Source of the DNA: Endomicrobiia bacterium
Lineage (GTDB): Bacteria > Elusimicrobiota > Endomicrobiia > DTEH01
Assembly: GCA_039630545.1 (NCBI GenBank)
Contig: JBCNUU010000001.1
Location: forward strand, 160,001-224,000
Direction of reading: 5' to 3'
Length of the DNA stretch: 64,000 nt
Position numbers and translations under genes: made by a program. Shown piece by piece: positions 61,639 through 64,000 of this stretch (position 1 is the stretch's first letter; each line of letters starts with the position of its first letter). The notes under the pieces are model-generated. The model was not told the origin of the DNA. It made no database searches and worked only from the letters and a program-made list of their open reading frames with translations.

Positions 61639-62967
61639 ATGAATTCAATAAATAAAGCTAAAAGTTTATATTTTTCCTTTATTGATGGTTTCTTTGCATC
61701 TATTATGACTGGCTTGACTATGAACTATATAATTCCATTTGGGATTTTACTTGGTGCAAAAAATTTCCAAGTAGGAGTATTGAATGCTTTACCTCAGCTT
61801 TTAGGTTCTGTAGTTCAGCTAAAAACGGCAGACATTGTGGAGAAAACTAAAAGTAGATTGAGAATAGTGACTCTGTTTGTGTATTTACACGGTTTAAGTT
61901 TTTTTTTGGTTTTATTTCTTGATTTTTTTCCTGACAAAGTTAACTGGTTTATATTTGTGGTTACTTTATCTACAGCTTTGACTTCAATAGCAGGCCCTGC
62001 GTGGTGGTCATTGATGAGTGATACTGTAGAAAAAGAAAGATATGGAGAGTATTTTGCCTGGCGTGGAAAAGTTTTAGGGATTGTTAGTTTAATTTCTAGT
62101 TTTGTTGCTGGATTTTTTTTAGGGATTGTTAAAAATAAGTTTTATGGATTTTTGATCTTGTTTGTAGTAGCAGGTTGTATGAGGTTGATTTCTGGATATT
62201 TCATAAGTAGAATGGAAGATATACCATTAAAAATTTCACAAAAATATAGATTTAGTTATCTTCAATTTATAAGTAGAATTAAAGAAAGTAATTTTGTAAA
62301 GTATGTTATGTTTGTATCTTTATTTAATTTTGCTGTAGCTATTTCTTCTCCCTTTTTTAGTGTTTATATGTTGAAAGAATTAAATATGGATTATTATCAA
62401 TATACAATTGTTAGTTTATCTTCTTCTATTTCTACTTTGCTATTTTTACCATTTTGGGGTAAAATGTCTGATAGAATTGGCAATGTAAGAGTAATAAAAA
62501 TTACTGGTTTTTTGATATGTTTTGTGCCAATTCTGTGGATATTTTCTTCGGATTTATTGTATCTAATTTTAATAAATGGTATCGCTGGTTATGTGTGGGC
62601 AGGTTTTAACTTAGCAACAGTAAATTTTATATTTGATGCAGCAAACGAAGAAGTAAGAACAAGATGTGTAGGATATTTTGGTTTTACTAATGGCATATTT
62701 ATATTTTTGGGCAATTTGATTTCTGGATGGTTGGCAACTCATTTGCCTAGTTTAGTAAGAAATTCCAGTTTACTTACTTTATTTACTGTATCAGGAATTT
62801 TAAGATTAATATGCATTTTAGTATTTAGAAATAAATTTTATGAAGTAAAACCAGTTGAAAATGTTGATACCAAAGAGCTTCTATTTACAGTGCTTGGTAT
62901 CAAACCAGCTCTTGATTTTAGTAAAGATATTTTTTATCCTTTGTATAGAAAACTAAATAATAAATAA
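61639..62967 (+). CDS. MFS transporter
   Basis: About 12 TM helices in two halves; PAWWSLMSD.V...YGEYF and WGKMSDRIGN (motif A-like). Confidence 0.88.
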   Translation: MNSINKAKSLYFSFIDGFFASIMTGLTMNYIIPFGILLGAKNFQVGVLNALPQLLGSVVQLKTADIVEKTKSRLRIVTLFVYLHGLSFFLVLFLDFFPDKVNWFIFVVTLSTALTSIAGPAWWSLMSDTVEKERYGEYFAWRGKVLGIVSLISSFVAGFFLGIVKNKFYGFLILFVVAGCMRLISGYFISRMEDIPLKISQKYRFSYLQFISRIKESNFVKYVMFVSLFNFAVAISSPFFSVYMLKELNMDYYQYTIVSLSSSISTLLFLPFWGKMSDRIGNVRVIKITGFLICFVPILWIFSSDLLYLILINGIAGYVWAGFNLATVNFIFDAANEEVRTRCVGYFGFTNGIFIFLGNLISGWLATHLPSLVRNSSLLTLFTVSGILRLICILVFRNKFYEVKPVENVDTKELLFTVLGIKPALDFSKDIFYPLYRKLNNK

Positions 62968-62971
62968 TCTT

Positions 62972-64000
62972 ATGAATTATAAACGAATTGTAATAAAAGT
63001 CGGCTCTCATTTAATTATAGAAGGTAGTAAATTTTTGTTTTCTTCTTTAGCTTCTCAAATTAAAAAAATAAAAGATAAAGGCATAGATGTAATAATAGTC
63101 TCCTCTGGAGCTATAGCTACAGGAGTTCTTCAATATAACTTACCTTCAAAACCAAAAAGTATTGTAGAAAAACAGGCATATGCTGCTATTGGACAACCCC
63201 TGTTAATGAATAAGTACATTTCAGCTTTCAAAAAATACAACATAAAAGTTGCGCAGATTCTTTTAACTAGAGAAGATTTTGAAGCAAGAGAGAGATATTT
63301 AAATGTAAGAAATACCCTAAATTATCTTTTAAGAGCTGGTGTAGTGCCTGTGATCAATGAAAACGACACCGTAGCGACAGAAGAAATAAAACTTGGAGAT
63401 AATGATAATTTATCTGCAATTGTGGCTAGTAAAATTGATGCTGATCTTTTAATTTTACTTACAGATGTAGATGGAATCTATGAAAAAAATCCCAAAATTT
63501 ACCCAAATAGTAAAGTGATTGAGGAAGTAAAAGATATTAACGATTTATTATCTAAATGTGAAATTTCTTCAAAAAGTAATTTTTTTTGCGGAACAGGCGG
63601 AATGAAAACCAAACTTGAAGCAGCGCATCTTTGTAGTCTGGCAGGTATAGATACAGTAGTAGCTAACGGATTAAAAGAAAATATAATTTTAGAAATTCTA
63701 GAAGGTAAAAAGGTTGGTACATATATTTACTCTAAAAACAAAAAGTTACTTTCTAAGAAGAAATGGATAGCGTTTGCGAAAAAATCAAAAGGAAAAATTT
63801 TAATAGACAGTGGCGCTGTAGTAGCTATAACTAAAAAACATAAAAGTTTGCTTCCTGTGGGAATAAAAAAAGTTGAAGGAGTATTTAGAAAAGGAGATGT
63901 AGTGTCTGTAGTTTCAGAAAATGGTGAAGAAGTAGCTCGTGGTATAACCAATTATAATTCTGAAGAAATTGAAAAGATGATGGGTAAAAAGACACAAGAA
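62972..64000 (+). CDS. proB: Glutamate 5-kinase with PUA domain (3' end outside window; missing from the ORF track)
   Basis: ATG 62972: MNYKRIVIKVGS, IVSSGAI, KQAYAAIGQ, AQILLT, PVINENDTV, GDNDNLSA, LTDVDG, GTGGMKTK, SLLPVGI. Confidence 0.96.
   Translation, partial: MNYKRIVIKVGSHLIIEGSKFLFSSLASQIKKIKDKGIDVIIVSSGAIATGVLQYNLPSKPKSIVEKQAYAAIGQPLLMNKYISAFKKYNIKVAQILLTREDFEARERYLNVRNTLNYLLRAGVVPVINENDTVATEEIKLGDNDNLSAIVASKIDADLLILLTDVDGIYEKNPKIYPNSKVIEEVKDINDLLSKCEISSKSNFFCGTGGMKTKLEAAHLCSLAGIDTVVANGLKENIILEILEGKKVGTYIYSKNKKLLSKKKWIAFAKKSKGKILIDSGAVVAITKKHKSLLPVGIKKVEGVFRKGDVVSVVSENGEEVARGITNYNSEEIEKMMGKKTQE

Overview
AT-rich bacterial chromosome segment from a diderm organism (lnt, GT9 heptosyltransferase, LpoB-like lipoprotein). 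The gene content suggests Elusimicrobiota, which is an inference. All genes except ndk are on the + strand. The housekeeping backbone is dapA, tRNA-Pro(GGG), rpiB, deoC, proS, rimP-nusA-infB-rbfA-nrnA-ribF, an EF-G paralog, recR, csp, secA, lnt, ribH-nusB-ligA, leuS, nrdR, ndk, rho and proB. The most unusual element is a tightly coupled four-gene module at 4080-9135: a GAF-GGDEF diguanylate cyclase, a PilT-family ATPase, a hypothetical protein, and a DnaA paralog that keeps the AAA+ core but lacks the DNA-binding domain IV. The DnaA paralog shares an unrecognised N-terminal domain with the cyclase (hidden from the ORF track by an in-frame TAA) and an unrecognised C-terminal domain with the hypothetical protein. 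Also notable are a 60-aa bacterial histone-fold gene (58096-58278), a GGDEF protein fused to a glycogen-binding CBM48-like domain, two tandem O-antigen-ligase/TPR proteins, a 16-kb glycosylation cluster with five GT-C membrane glycosyltransferases (two frameshifted), and decayed pseudogenes (FN3/Ig-like repeat, WbqC, DegT). No CRISPR array, rRNA or intact mobile element was seen. All alignments were done by eye; no database searches were run.
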